Program-made: the position numbers and the translations under genes | In this document: positions 23,801 through 45,248 of the stretch, piece by piece | Layout of the letters: each line of letters begins with the position of its first letter | Position numbering within the stretch: the first letter of the stretch is position 1 | Origin: Aplysia californica | Taxonomy: Eukaryota | Assembly: GCF_000002075.1 (NCBI RefSeq) | Contig: NW_004797359.1 | Span: 326,347 to 390,346, forward strand | Direction of reading: 5' to 3' | DNA: 64,000 bases | Notes under the pieces: model-generated | Seen by the model: only the letters and a program-made list of their open reading frames with translations | Database searches by the model: none | What the model was told of the DNA's origin: nothing

Positions 23801-25279
23801 CTTTTGGTATGCAGTTACCGTATTTCTACATACATTTCCTTCAATCTACACCGTGTCAAATGTGGTTTTGTTGCTTAGTCTTATTAATACATTTTGTACT
23901 GGTTGGCTGGATTTATATTACAATCTCAGGTTGACATTCTACGGAAAGAGAAACCTGTATAGATTATTAGTTGGATGCTGGGTCTGCAGTGTAGCCCTCT
24001 ATAAGATTGTAAGTGTAAGAGTTTAACCGCTTCACTGCTGCTTGGCGTATAATGTACGTCCATAAATCAGGTCCTCCTATGGGCTGTAGACGTACAGTGT
24101 ACACCCAGCATTATCGCTATTTTGTTTCATTTCCTGCTCAGCCGGTAATTGCAATTTAGTGTCGAGAGTGGGCTCCCCTGAAAGCTCTTTTCTTCCCGAG
24201 TTAGAGAAGCTTTAGATTGCCCTAGTTAGACCAACAATGACCGAAATAGCGTGAATTATAGCGTCACACCCTCTTCACAGTTCTAGCGTCTCACTCTAGC
24301 TCAGAGCTATGGCTGATCACTCGCAGTGTATGCTCACAACGTATCAAGCTATCGACTAAATTTTTGCTGATGATGATAGCGGTTCATTCATTTTCCTTTA
24401 AAATGATGTCGACATTGTTATGCATTTGATACATTACCACAGAGTAAATAGCACTTTGAAAGGATCACCCGTTTGAAGTTCTATTCCTGGAAACATGGTC
24501 AGCATAGGTTGGGGAATATAGGTCCGCAGTGAAGGAGTTAACGTCCCTTTCAACACAGTTAATTAACTCTTTATCCCAGCAGAGGGTTTCCCCTAGATGT
24601 CAGAGCCCCCTTTTGGTGCAAACTTCAAAGTGACATGTACTTCATTAAATGAGCTATTAAATCAAAACAAATTAACCTATTTCAACAGGCTTTCATCTAA
24701 AGAAAGAACTCCTGGTAAGAGTAAGAGAGACCTATTTTCGGTAATTGCAGAAAATTAATATATAATTTCCTTGTCACCGTTAAAGAATTTGACCAAGCCG
24801 ATGACAGCGGCTTACCGGAGATGAGTTAAGAGACAGGCCCTCCAAATTTCACATCCATCTCTGATAAGACTGAGCCAGTTAGCTTGAGAGCCTTGAAAAC
24901 TCCACAAAATAATAAATAACCTGAGTTCAGGAATGCTCTTTCGTGGATTCACACCAGGACTGTCCGCTCCATAGTCCAGCATGATACCAACTGAGCTAAC
25001 GGAGCCCTACTCTTCTAAAAATGATGTCAAATTATGAAAATGAGTTAGAACTATTGTCACTTAATATGTGTAATAAAAACTTCAAAACTGCAAAAGAAGT
25101 CAAAATTCTGGAACTAGATATTCTATCAAATGAATTGGACACTAACTACTGGATTCCTTTGTGTTTTTCTGCAGGTGCTGCCTCAAAGAACTCACCCAGA
25201 GATGAACATGAGTGGAACAGGAGGCTACTTGCTCACTTTTATGACTTCAAAACCATTCGAATCGGAGAAAAAGTCTTAA
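5793..25279 (+). CDS. TRMT6: tRNA (adenine-N1, m1A58)-methyltransferase non-catalytic subunit TRM6/Gcd10; 12 coding exons, 518 aa
   Basis: join(5793..5875,9670..9809,10913..11016,13648..13739,14530..14610,15083..15207,16303..16354,18297..18792,19806..19894,22202..22304,22937..23023,25175..25279). All introns are GT-AG, phases are consistent, total 1557 nt. Motifs DNRNL, LIENSETF..KTEFSQAKY.KKKKKK, PSRPVVVFC, RLTETWFREYQVLPQRTHP.M.MSGTGGYLL match TRMT6. Confidence 0.95.
6171..6612. mobile_element. MITE of the TATTCTCACC-TIR family
   Basis: Perfect 17-bp inverted repeat GTGGCTATTCTCACCCG / CGGGTGAGAATAGCCAC. Confidence 0.6.
7805..7890. repeat. 35-bp tandem repeat, about 2.5 copies
   Basis: Unit GGCGTTTCAAATAGC(TT/AC)GGGAGCTATTCAGAA(A/T)GC. 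Confidence 0.85.
7991..8507. mobile_element. MITE with about 90-bp imperfect TIRs
   Basis: CTATTTCTC...GCTCGGG.AAAT...CTCTATTTCTCCGAA.GGTTT..GTTCTCGAGATTT is mirrored at 8420-8504. Confidence 0.7.
9670..9809 (+). CDS. TRMT6: TRMT6 exon 2 (QVYFEKTKFSVEELIGQPYGSTFEI...)
   Basis: ttttgcag| acceptor, G|gtttga donor; IG.PYG.TFE motif. Confidence 0.9.
10029..10829. mobile_element. Tigger/pogo-type MITE family A (CAGTCAAACCTG TIR, TA TSD)
   Basis: ta|CAGTCAAACCTG ... CAGGTTTGACTG|ta with ACGGCCACC subterminal motifs; related copies at 36615-37459 (inverted), 284-460 and 31173-31333. Confidence 0.85.
10913..11016 (+). CDS. TRMT6: TRMT6 exon 3 (APSADNRNLLDLDSNQKMSKDDIMKLKEEGITGK)
   Basis: aag| acceptor, |gtaagt donor; DNRN...Q...DDI..LK..G..G motif. 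Confidence 0.9.
11433..13047 (-). mobile_element. 5'-truncated non-LTR retrotransposon (RT + RNase H + Zn knuckle; I-group, Nimb/Ingi-like)
   Basis: DLEKAFDKVW, GVPQGGVLS, degenerate ECADD; RNase H FLTDAKSVLQAL and LQWIPGHCGI.GTEKAD; CECG..EDANHFLQHCP; (GAA)n tail; 11-bp TSD TGGTCCACTGT at 11422-11432 and 13048-13058. Confidence 0.9.
13648..13739 (+). CDS. TRMT6: TRMT6 exon 4 (KIIEELIENSETFRNKTEFSQAKYVKKKKK)
   Basis: tttcag| acceptor and |gtaagt donor; highly conserved Gcd10 motif. Confidence 0.95.
14530..14610 (+). CDS. TRMT6: TRMT6 exon 5 (HVQAFTALRPTPRLVLDIFAKEPGKI)
   Basis: ttttgcag| acceptor and |gtaagg donor; EPGKI motif. Confidence 0.9.
15083..15207 (+). CDS. TRMT6: TRMT6 exon 6 (YLRPDSLSQLLNYSNV...ESCQGLVLACVLQRLG)
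   Basis: tgtcag| acceptor and |gtgagt donor; matches MRYDTLAQML...ETCAGLVLGAMMERMG. Confidence 0.92.
16303..16354 (+). CDS. TRMT6: TRMT6 exon 7 (GSGKLIQLIPNNNNTVC)
   Basis: tcccag| acceptor and |gtgagt donor; matches GFGSIIQLYP; phases fit both neighbours. Confidence 0.85.
16721..17524. mobile_element. MITE with palindromic TATTCTCACC...GGTGAGAATA ends
   Basis: Hairpins at 16721-16749 and 17484-17518; TGTCTCAC/GCGAGACA outer match. Confidence 0.6.
17697..18133. mobile_element. Non-autonomous DNA transposon; inverted second copy at 35738-36151
   Basis: TIR-like TGTGTCAC...GGAATCAGG.G..C.TCAA versus TTGATGAGCGCCTGGTTTCACC; clear reverse-complement match to 35738-36151. Confidence 0.7.
18297..18792 (+). 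CDS. TRMT6: TRMT6 exon 8 (QVMNYFSFPK... followed by an acidic low-complexity linker)
   Basis: aaacag| acceptor, CCT|gtgagg donor; F.FPK....Y..PL motif, then an S/T/E/A-rich region. Confidence 0.88.
19264..19739. mobile_element. Tigger/pogo-type MITE (CAGTA TIR, TA TSD)
   Basis: ta|CAGTAAAACATGACTATTGC ... GCTATAACCATATGCTACTG|ta; an internal segment is shared with 21710-21750. Confidence 0.55.
19806..19894 (+). CDS. TRMT6: TRMT6 exon 9 (FVPNREIQRQARAIRQKEAGDAIAGKHLD)
   Basis: cctccag| acceptor and AG|gtaaga donor; phases fit. Confidence 0.85.
20030..21534. mobile_element. Tigger/pogo-type MITE family B (CAGTGGAACTCGGATTCAAC TIR) carrying a nested TTAA element
   Basis: TIRs at 20030 and 21515-21534; inverted uninterrupted copy at 39288-40200. 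Confidence 0.85.
20088..20786. mobile_element. TTAA-inserting MITE (purine-start TIR, Kolobok-like) nested in family B
   Basis: TTAA|GGGGAGGAGCGACCCTTGA ... TCAAGGGTAGCTCCTCCCG|TTAA; the empty site is visible in the 39288-40200 copy. Confidence 0.8.
21864..21974 (+). pseudogene. Tigger/pogo transposase N-terminal remnant (CENP-B/psq-type HTH start)
   Basis: MASNKDKRKCFSLELKAKIIQEVDNKRK resembles the KRK..SLE.K..II..VD start of Tigger transposases; truncated by a stop codon. Confidence 0.6.
22202..22304 (+). CDS. TRMT6: TRMT6 exon 10 (LIIACKFNPVPVLKKMLKFMLPSRPVVVFCQFID)
   Basis: ccacag| acceptor and |gtaagt donor; matches GLIVASRFHP...PSRPFVVYCQY. Confidence 0.95.
22937..23023 (+). CDS. TRMT6: TRMT6 exon 11 (PLKDCYTYVKEEHLGLQVRLTETWFREYQ)
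   Basis: tctcag| acceptor and |gtatgt donor; RL.ETW.R.YQ motif. Confidence 0.95.
24027..24537. mobile_element. piggyBac-like MITE
   Basis: TTAA|CCGCTTCACTGC ... GCAGTGAAGGAG|TTAA. Confidence 0.7.
24567..24825. mobile_element. Second TTAA-flanked MITE (piggyBac-like)
   Basis: TTAA|CTCTTTATCCC ... GGAGATGAG|TTAA. Confidence 0.45.
25175..25279 (+). CDS. TRMT6: TRMT6 exon 12 (VLPQRTHPEMNMSGTGGYLLTFMTSKPFESEKKS*)
   Basis: ctgcag| acceptor; TAA at 25277-25279; VLP.R.HP...MSG.GGYLL motif. Confidence 0.95.
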   Translation: MLPQRTHPEMNMSGTGGYLLTFMTSKPFESEKKS

Positions 25280-25293
25280 GTTGAAAATGTAGA

Positions 25294-25299
25294 AATAAA
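25294..25299 (+). terminator. Polyadenylation signal of TRMT6 (AATAAA)
   Basis: AATAAA 15 nt after the stop codon, followed by a GT/T-rich tract at about 25320-25350. Confidence 0.6.
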
Positions 25300-26177
25300 A
25301 CATTCAAGAGCATTATCCTTGTGTTGTTTTTATTATTGTTAATTGTTAGTGTAATGTAATCATTTCTTTGAAATCGTTATATCATGTTACAAATGGTTGG
25401 GGAACAATTTGATGTAGCCTGATGGGAATATAAGGTTTGTTTCATAGAAAAGTGTGACTTAAAGAGAGACAGTGTACTGTCGAGCACGCACAAAGTAAAA
25501 TCAGCAGTACACGAAAATCTTTTTGTAATGGGCGAATTTTGCTATGTCTGTTTTAAAAACAAAGAATGTACATGTTTAAGAAACAATTTGGGACCTGAAA
25601 ATCTGTTCCTTGTGTGCATGCTAGACATGTGTGTGTGTGTGTGTGTGTGTGCCTAAAGAAAGGTACCAAAAGTCGCCACAGACCATTTTGAGCTGCAGGC
25701 TGATGATGACAAAAAAATCACTTTTGTGACCAAAATGAGTTTCCATTAAAAAAAATGATAGTTCCACCATTTTATAACAATGTGTTAAAAGAATTTTTAC
25801 TGATTTGACTTCCAAATATTTTATTTTGAGGGTATGGTATGTTTTAAAAAGGTAATGAAAACTGCTTTTAAAAGGTATTAAAATCTATTCTTGAAGCTGG
25901 TTTTCTCTTCCCTGCTATGTTTTACCATTGAATTCTAATCATGATATTTATTGATGTCAACTGAATACCGAATTGGAAATGAAATTTCCATGAATAAATA
26001 CACTGGAAACAATTGAATCATCGTTTTTTTCAAGTTTGTATGTGTTCTAAACTTAAAAGCTAATTTTCTCAAAACTAAATCTTTTACCCTATTTCGCAAA
26101 ATGTGCAATATCTAAAAAAAACTACTTGAGATATCTAAAAAATTCGAATACCACTGTGTTCAGCATTGTATGTCCTA

Positions 26178-27029
26178 CAGTGGAGTCCACTTATAACAAG
26201 TCCTGAAATAACAAGAAGTCTATTCTAAAGACACTATTCTAAAACCCCGTTTTTTCTCCTTCTTAAAATAAAAGCTGCTATAGCGCAATCAGACAAACAC
26301 GCGAGTCGGTTATAGCGGAATATTACTGCTGGTGTGCGCAGCGCAAATGCCCATTATACATAATGTAAAACCTCGCAAGTTGAGAAACTTGTTGGTGAAC
26401 TAGCAAAACAAAGAATGGGAGAGCCCACGTGTGTCAACAATGAAGGCCGGAACGAATGAGTGGGGAGGGTGTGGCATGCGCAGACAAGCAGAACGCCACG
26501 TGTGTCAACAATGAAGGCCGGAGCGATTGAGTTTGGAGGGTGTGGCATACGCAGACAAGCAGAACGCTTCGCATGATAGGTCAGCCTTGTCGAGATTATC
26601 TAGGTCTACCATGCCTCTCACTTCTCCGATGCAGGGACGGTGAGGTCACAGTGATTTGATGGATGGAGCGAATATGTGACGTGCTCTCGCAGACGGAACA
26701 GACCACATGGTGTGGTGGGGTGGGGACAACACCGCGGGCGAGTTAGCCCTGAGCCCTTTCTTTCTGATCGCCAACGCCAAGCTGTCAACATCGCTATCGC
26801 TAGAGAAAGAAACCTGATTCAAATTTTGATCAAGTATGACTTGGAGGTCATGTTGAAACAAAATCATCATCAGGGGAGATAACAAAAAGACATAAACAGA
26901 GCACCAAACTCATTGACTTGGCCTACTTTATTATTTCCATTTAATTTATTACTGGATTATAGCGAGAATACTGCTATAACGGACATTTCGCACCAGTCCC
27001 CTCCCTCTTGTTATAACAGGATTCCACTG
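26178..27029. mobile_element. Tigger/pogo-type MITE family C
   Basis: ta|CAGTGGAGTCCACTTATAACAAG ... CTTGTTATAACAGGATTCCACTG|ta; direct copy at 37464-38269; internal 71-bp tandem duplication at 26425-26566. Confidence 0.85.
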
Positions 27030-28729
27030 TATTAGGTACAACCCTCAACTCAAAATGGTTAAAATCCGACTTTTTCTACCTTTCTTTAGGCACACACACA
27101 TATTATTTTATATACTAGCTGGGCCCCCTCTCGATGAAAGGTGGTGCATTAACATCAACTGAATATCATTGGTCTATTATATTTACACTCTACTGGAATG
27201 GAGCAATAAATCTTGAGAGAAAAATGGCACATGTGTTTCCAAGTCGCCAAATTTCGTATAATAATAGATGTATAGATTGTTCTTTAGACAGAACACAACG
27301 TTTCGTGTTACTGTTGTATGTTGTACTGTATTGTAAAGCGCTCAGAGCCTGTGTACTTTATTCGGGGTTGAGCGCTATATAAATGTCATTTATTATTATT
27401 ATTATTCTCTTTCCCGCTTTCGTGGGTGTACTCTCAATAATTTCAAAGGTGTGGAATCTGCGCACAGTTAGTGAATGGAGGTCTCGCTTGTAGTCTTAAA
27501 CAGTGTACATGTATAATATATCATTGGATGACAAATTTGTATTTTTAGATGCTGGTAACAATTAGCTTCAGATCAAGTGAAAATAAACTTGTGTTTAATC
27601 TGCAGCTTTGCATCTGTGTTGAAAGAGAGTAAATTGTAAATCTATATTTCATTTCTTATTCTTCACCTACTAAACATCCGTAGGTAATATCAGAGAGTGC
27701 TTCAAATTCTGAGAGGAGGGGGGGGGGGGTATACCTCACTGATACCATACACTTAATTACAGTTGATTANNNNNNNNNNNNNNNNNNNNNNNNNNNNNNN
27801 NNNNNNNNNNNNNNNNNNNNNNNNNNNNNNNNNNNNNNNNNNNNNNNNNNNNNNNNNNNNNNNNNNNNNNNNNNNNNNNNNNNNNNNNNNNNNNNNNNNN
27901 TTTTGGCAATATTTCAATAATATAGGACAATCAGGTCATTGGTATTTTTCAGCTTGAATAGAATATACATTGTCCCCGTTGGATTCTGCGATACAAAACA
28001 ATGTAGTTTATGCCCGCCAAGAGACTAAAGGGAAGTAATAGGAGTAATAAGTCTCTTTTAAGTGACACAATTGGTTATTGCCCTTACTAGGGATTTTTAT
28101 TAATTGAGCATGTTCAATTTTTCAATACGTCAAAAGTTGTTCTCATGTCTGCTGATGTTTCATGTTTGACATGTGTCTCTGGTTTTAGTGTGGTGATCCA
28201 GCATCAGAGGTCCAGATGTCCTTTTTTTTAAGATTTGTAAAAATCATTTTTCTGCCCTCTATACAGCTGAAAGTTGAAAGTTACAGAGATTATATTTTTT
28301 GGTTCTTCTTTTTTCTGACTGATGTGTATCTTTCCAGATACACAAAAAACTACTGATACTGATATGTTCTGTTTTCAATTCTCCGGTACATATCTAAAAC
28401 GTGAATTTTTTTGGTGAAAAAGCGCAAAAGCATGTCGTGAATGGCGCTAGGGTAACTTGCATAATGTTTGCATAATTTTTAATTTGTCTTGCATAATTTG
28501 GCCTTCTAAATTTTCATAATTCTGCGGGGAGAGATACTACCTCCACAATATTTGTTAGAGATAGAGATTACCAGGCCTGTCAGGCAAGGTTGTTGGTGGA
28601 GTACACCCCAGTGAGTACACTCCAGATTAATAGAATTACTTTTAATCTCCTTGGGTACACCACAGACTCTGGGTACACTTGGACTTGGAACTCTTCTGTG
28701 AAAGGAGGCGTATCCATACGACAACAAAC

Positions 28730-39068
<10,339 letters not shown>

Positions 39069-39124
39069 AAAAAAACCAATTCTGTGAGAATCATGCTCTT
39101 TGCTCAGTATTAATATAAATTATA

Positions 39125-39130
39125 AATAAA
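39125..39130 (+). terminator. Candidate polyadenylation signal of EGLN1 (AATAAA)
   Basis: AATAAA 57 nt after the predicted stop codon. Confidence 0.45.
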
Positions 39131-39287
39131 ATAAGATTAAGAATATATGGAAAGTTGTTTTTTTAATCTTCTGGCAATTTTCAAAAAAGCAGCAGGAATG
39201 AGAGACTTGAGGTCCTCTAGAACGTTTTATTAACAATAAAATAACTTAGCACTCGTGGTGCACAACAGTTGCAGTTGCAGTACGGTA

Positions 39288-40200
39288 CAGTGGAACTCGG
39301 ATTCAACGAGGTCGCCGGGCCTGACCTAAAATCTCGTTGAATCCAAGTGTTTGTTATGGCAAACACGAGGTTTTGTGGAGTTAATTACAGGCACTGAGCA
39401 AATACATGTAGTGCATAAAGAGAAGTCACAAGTAGTGCCTGAAATGCCTGCGAGCTGTGTAAAAAAAAGACCGATTCGTTCAAATGCACACGCCTGTGTC
39501 ATCTCGATTGTTTACTAAAAAGTTGTGTTCCTGTGTAGAGCCTAGCATACGGCAACTTTTGATTTCATAGACCAGGGAACAATTCATTACGTAGATCTAC
39601 GTCAAGACTAGCTTATCATTGTAATAATGATCAGTTGCCACGGCGGGGGAGGGAGACTGTGACGCGTTTGTACCTGCGACGTTCAAAACCTGGACCGCTA
39701 GTGCCCCCTCCCCGACACGCACACACAGCCACACATGTGCAGGTCGCCCATCCGACCCCAACACAGGCCAGAGTAGACATGTGCGCGTGCCAACAACGCA
39801 TGTGTTGGTATGAAAAAGGGCCGCTGATTCATCGCATCCAATCAGCTAAATGAATAATGGTTCACAATGCAGGTGCAATGGATGGTTTTCCAGAATAGAT
39901 AAAGTTCGTTCTGGGAGAAAAATTAGCGAAACCCTGTCTGCGGGGGCTGTTCACACTGGAAGCGACCTCGTTGAATCCCAGCTCGCTAATTTAAGTGCTC
40001 GTTGAATTCGGGTTATTTTCTTTGATTTTAAAGAAGAAAAAAAAAACGGGGAATCTATCTCATCTCGTTGAATCCGAGCTCGCTGATATAAGTGCTCGTT
40101 GAATCCGAGTTATTTTTATTGATTTTAAAGAAGAAAAAAAAAACGGGGAATCTATCTCATCTCGTAGAATCCAAGTTCTCGTTGAATCCGAGTTCTACTG
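39288..40200. mobile_element. Tigger/pogo-type MITE family B, inverted copy with an internal duplication of about 97 bp
   Basis: ta|CAGTGGAACTCGGATTCAAC ... GTTGAATCCGAGTTCTACTG|ta. Confidence 0.85.
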
Positions 40201-40589
40201 TACTACTTACTTGTGTACGTCCAACTCACTTGTTAAATATTGTCAACAAATAACTGGAACTTGTTTTGATTTAATTTTTTACATTCAAATGGAATAGACT
40301 GATTGCAAATTTTTGTAAATGCTTTTTGCTAACATGTAATCAAATTTGATTAAATAAATAGAGGTGGGTTGCTTTGATGTCCTGCCTGTCAGGGCCAATC
40401 CAGAGTGAGTGGAATACAATATCCCTGCAGTCTGAAAGAGATTTTTATTGATTTTTTCCTATGATTTGTGTTAGTGTTTCTTATTCCTCGTTTTTTCATA
40501 TGATACCGCCATATCACATACAAGTCTGTCAAAGTGCCTATTATTTTCCAATAAAAGTTGTCTCAAAGGGGTCTGGCTCTGCTGACCAT

Positions 40590-40852
40590 ATGGCTGCTCT
40601 TGGTATGTCTTGTACTTTTGTATTGGGTATTCCTCAAGCATTTTCCCTCTACTTCTTTTGTATGTTTGTCACTCTCTTGTGACCCGCTATTTCTGGGGTG
40701 CCTTGATGGTCGAAGCAGACTTTGTGCTGTTGAAGCTAGAGAGGTGAGCAGAGTAAGCCTGATTCCCCATTCTTCTCTGTTCACATCCACCTCTTAGCAC
40801 TTATATGACCTTAAGTTTGCGAGCGCCGTAAAAACCTTACTAAAACTAACAA
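40590..40852 (+). mobile_element. Retroposon 3' end; related copies at 14255-14349, 41943-42085 (-) and 58020-58125
   Basis: TCTTGTGACCCGCTATTTCTGGGGTGCCTTGAT is shared with about 14295; tail ATATGACC...GCGAGCGCCGTAAAA. Confidence 0.65.
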
Positions 40853-42465
40853 AAGATCTAGTGTGTGATTGTACCACAATGATAATTAGTTCTTGTGTTA
40901 TTTAATTCATACCGAATCATGGTCTGTTCTTCCTGTGAATCTTCTTGGTGTTTATCAGCATTGTTATTGTTTTTACTATTTTCGAAAAGAAGAATAAAAT
41001 CATTGAAGTTACTTGTTGTTCTTTTCATTGTTAATTACAGTGGTAACTGATATAACAGGGAAGGTGGGACCAGAGAAAAATTCCTGTTAATGTGTTATAT
41101 CAGATCCCTGTTAAATCAGAAATGCAAGGTAAGTAAGCATTTGTGGACAGATCCAGCTGTATTTATTCATGGGTAGTGTGGCAGGCCTGCGCATGACACA
41201 TTACGCATTCATGTAGCTAGGCTTAGGACTAGATCGAAGTCTGCAGCACACCGTATTTAGCACTGGGGGAAAAACAAACAAGACAGACAACAGATATTAT
41301 ATTTTGTGTATTGAAGCTGAAGGAGAGAAAGGAGGTTTTCCATGTCAGTGGCGACCTAGCGTACCACACAAATCGATTAATTTTATTTCAATTCCTTTAA
41401 CCTTCAAAGAAATACAGAACACTGAATTTGTGTAGATTTTTTAGCTATTTTCTCTCTTTTGCCAGCGTCCATGAGAAGAGAAACCAGAGTGCAAACGCCG
41501 CAAAAGTAAAACCAATTTCATGAGGTTACACCGTAGAATCTCCTTTTCAGAGTAGTAAGGGGTAAAATACAATGGTTCATACACTGTATTACTATAGTAA
41601 ATTACTCGTGGTAAGTCATCCTCTACTTCTACTTGCACGGCGATGGAAGATTTGCCTCGCTGTGACCTGACAGTTGTCACAAACTTGCGGAGAACGTCCG
41701 TGTCCTCGCAGAGATGAATATATTATACTTATATTATACTCTGTCTAAGGTGGAATAACATGGGGTGGAAAATGTTGGTGGGTGGGGGGGGGGGGGGGGG
41801 GGGCATTGTTTTACGAGAATCGAAGAGGGAGGGAGACAGACAGACAGTTTTGTTGTTGTCTGATTTTGTTTTAATAAGCATTTTTTCGGCACTTGCAACA
41901 CATGAGGTATAATTGCCAAAGATTAGATCTCCAGGTGTTATTTGTTTTAGTAGAGGTTTTACGGCGCTCGCAACTGCATACGGTCATATGAGCCCCAATG
42001 GGTGGATGTCAACAGAGAAGTCCTTACAGTGAATCAGACTTACTACAGGTGTTACAAGAGAGTAAAAAACACAAAAAGGAGAGATACGCACGATCGATCT
42101 ACATGTATTTTAATATAATAAAGATGTTTTAGGAAAAAAGGAGCAAACCACATCAGAGCACCCGCCAACCAATCACAGAGAAAGAGAGAGAGAGGGGGGG
42201 GGGTAGAGTGGGATGATGTATTATTATTATATTTGGTGTCGGAGAAAGATAAAATAGAGACATATTCGACAGATGAACTTATAGACAGATGGGGGGGGGG
42301 GATAAGATGCCATTAAGATACTTTGAATGAGAGAAGAGAATAGTGTTGAGATCGTCACTTACGATGATTGAGTTTCGAAGTACGGAGGTAGCCTTCCCAG
42401 TAGCCTACGAGGGTGAAGGTCGAAGGGGTGAGTAAGGTATTTGTGTGTGAATGAATGAGTAGAAA

Positions 42466-42953
42466 CCCGCCTCACATAGAACGTGACCTTTCACGTGTCA
42501 CGTTTTATTACAGACATGCAATATTACACGCCTCACTACTTTATCTGATTGCATAGAATCTAGGTTTTGTCATCCATTAGTGTCCTGATTGTCTGTGCAT
42601 GCGTGTTTTCTTTTTTCTGCTTGCATGCTTTTTCGACAGTTTGCTACGGCTAGACTTAGCACACATCTACTGTTCCACTCAACGCAGGGGGGTGACAAGA
42701 TACGTCTCAAAAAGAATCAGCATGCACATACCTCCCCTCGCGTGAACACACGCTTTACAACGTGACTAGCGTGAGGCAACTGCTTACGCGAGGAGTGCCG
42801 TTAAAATTATACTCAACACTTTTGCTTACACTGGTGAACGTGTCTATTCACCCTCGTGACGTGTCGAGAGACGCTCTTTGTGGGGCTGGCCTAATGTTGC
42901 ATATGTCTGTAGAAAACGTGACGCGTGAAATGTCACGTTCTAAGTGAGGCGGG
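42466..42953. mobile_element. Harbinger-derived MITE (deletion derivative of the family of the adjacent element)
   Basis: TIR CCCGCCTCACATAGAACGTGAC / GTCACGTTCTAAGTGAGGCGGG; left part matches 42955-43035, right part matches 46078-46310. Confidence 0.75.
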
Positions 42954-43456
42954 CACGAGTCACGTTTAACTTCACGCATGCAAAACGACACACCTCACTT
43001 TATCTGATCACATAGAATCTAGGTTCTGTCATCCCCTCACGCCCTGCCAGGCGACGAAAATGGATACATGTACCTCTGATGAAGAGGCATTGTTGACAAT
43101 GGTAAAGCCGAGCAAATGGATCCGTGCCCATTTTCTCCCCAGACCACCAAGAGGCGAATTTCACAGAATTTATCCAAGTCTTAGATGGAGCCCAAGGATG
43201 AAACTTTGTTCTTCAACTATTTGCGCATGTCCTACCAAACTTATGATGAGTGAAACCACTCGTTTTGCAAAATTTTCAACCGATGGGTTGTAACTGGCGG
43301 GAGCCATGATATTGATAATACATCATGTATATATGCGGAGGAAAAATTAGTACATTATATGTAGGCCTACTAGCACTCATTGCAGGTACACAAAATTAAA
43401 TGTGTAATCCAATTATCATCATCACCCCCAACACCTACAACACCACCACTACCTTT

Positions 43457-43514
<58 letters not shown>

Positions 43515-43573
43515 CTACCAAAAACAACATCAACAACATCATCAAAACCAACGACAGCAACAACAACAACAAC
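43457..43573. repeat. (CAT)n / (CAA)n microsatellite
   Basis: Seen directly in the sequence. Confidence 0.95.
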
Positions 43574-43777
43574 AGCTGTTTCATCACACACCTTAATAAT
43601 CGAATGTCTTGTTTTAAGAACCTTTGTAATAAAGTTGAACATAATCAGTACACGTGTATCATAATGTAGGTCTATTTGCACAAAAGTACACTGCTGTTTT
43701 CTGTAATTCTGTTGGATCTAATTTACGTGTAGATTGATTGATAAATTCTGGAAATAGCCGTAGTTAGTTGATGTCTG

Positions 43778-44379
43778 CTATGAATCTGCAGAAGAATCTG
43801 ACTGCGCCGGGTATTCATACGTGTGTGGAAACCGACGAACATGTTTCTGCCTTTGGACGGCTTGAATAAAATCCATCTGTAAGTTCATGAACTGATCATC
43901 GTCGAATGAATCAATTATTGGCATCATTGATCTAAAAAAGTTCAGTCTTGGGGAGTCATCCAACTTTTCCACTTGTCTTTGCTTAACAAGCTTGATTAAG
44001 TAATTAGTGTCCTCATTATCTGTACATGCTTGTTTTCTTTTTTTCTTCTTGTGTGCTTTTTCGAATTTCTGTCTACCAGCATCGGGAAGATTTTCCAGAT
44101 GATTGTTGTCGCCATCTGGGGTATTGTCGACACCGGTATATGTCTGTGATTGAGGATTGTCTTGGCAATCATCAAAGTTGGTTTGCTCACTTGTCTCTGG
44201 CTTATAGCCTGAAGTGTAGCGTAGTTGTTTCACGGGCAGGAGGAACATCATATCTTTCTCGAACTTCCATTCTTTGTCATTGCCTGCTCTACTACCAGAT
44301 CGTTTGTCTTTTCTTTTGAGGGCATTCGAAAAGCTGCGAGTCATATTTTCCCAAGTATCTTTGGCGTGAGTGTTTGAAC
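43778..44379 (-). pseudogene. Harbinger ORF2 exon: C-terminal part of MADF/Myb-SANT plus BESS-like motif
   Basis: Acceptor ttttcatag| at 44381-44380; KDTWENMTRSF...SGS......WKFEKDMMFL, and LNFFRSMMPIIDSFDDDQFMNLQMDFIQAV. Confidence 0.75.
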
Positions 44380-45247
44380 CTATGAAAAGAAGAACATACT
44401 ATAATATATAATAGTACTTACAATGGAATTTGTATATATGTTTTGCGTGGCTTAGTATTAATTCATGTATTTATGTATGCATCATATTTTTTCAGGCATC
44501 TGAGTGTTCCCTTTAGGAGCATGTCTATGTTCCCCAGTCAAGTTGCATGCTACGTCATGTTAAAGTGACCAGTTGTAAAGCAGTGGTCAGACTGACCAGT
44601 GGACAAGCAATGGCCTGACTCGACAAGTGGTCAAGCAATGTCAATATGACTAGTGGTCAAGCAATTTATTGGTCGATCTGACAAGTGTTTAAGCGACTGC
44701 AGTCATATTTTGGCCTCAAACGCAGTTGCTTTCCTTCAACCAAAGCTTCTCTACTTACTGGGGGAACATGAGCTGACCCCTTCCTTTTCACATGGCAGCA
44801 AATTCAATTAGTAAACATGTATTTTTCTCGGCATGTTAACTGGAAAGTACTACAGACACTAGAATTGCCTATCCCACCAGCAGAACAATGGGAAAAAAAA
44901 CTTTGCAAAACGATATGGTGACTTGTGGGGGTTTTCTTTCGCCGTCGGTGCTTTGGATGGAAAACATATTAAGCTATAAAAAAAACCCCATAAACAGTGG
45001 ATGTCAGTTTCATCTGTAAGAAGTTCCCTAGTATTGTACTTTGGCACCGTGTGACGCTCATTCGTGTTTAATATCAGTGGACTGTGGTCAGTACGGTAAG
45101 GTCAGTGATACTGGTGTCTATATGATACTATATATGATGCTTCTCGCTTTCCTTTGTGCTTCTTGAAGAAAAACAATTGAAATTGAACATCCCTGAAATA
45201 AAATTCAAAATCTGTGAATTGAACATCGAGATTCTTTTGATGATGGT

Positions 45248-45248
45248 G

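Noticed and set aside
5876-25174. Intronic snoRNAs in TRMT6
   Set aside because: Isolated ATGATGA-like boxes were seen (e.g. about 19032), but no convincing C/D pair with a terminal stem; an Infernal/Rfam scan would be needed.
28679-28729. ORF-track N-terminal extension of EGLN1 (TTG start)
   Set aside because: Non-ATG start; ATG 28730 has a good context and directly precedes the MYND finger.
43370-43681. Poly-Asp/Ser/Ile ORFs
   Set aside because: Translations of the (CAT)n/(CAA)n microsatellite.
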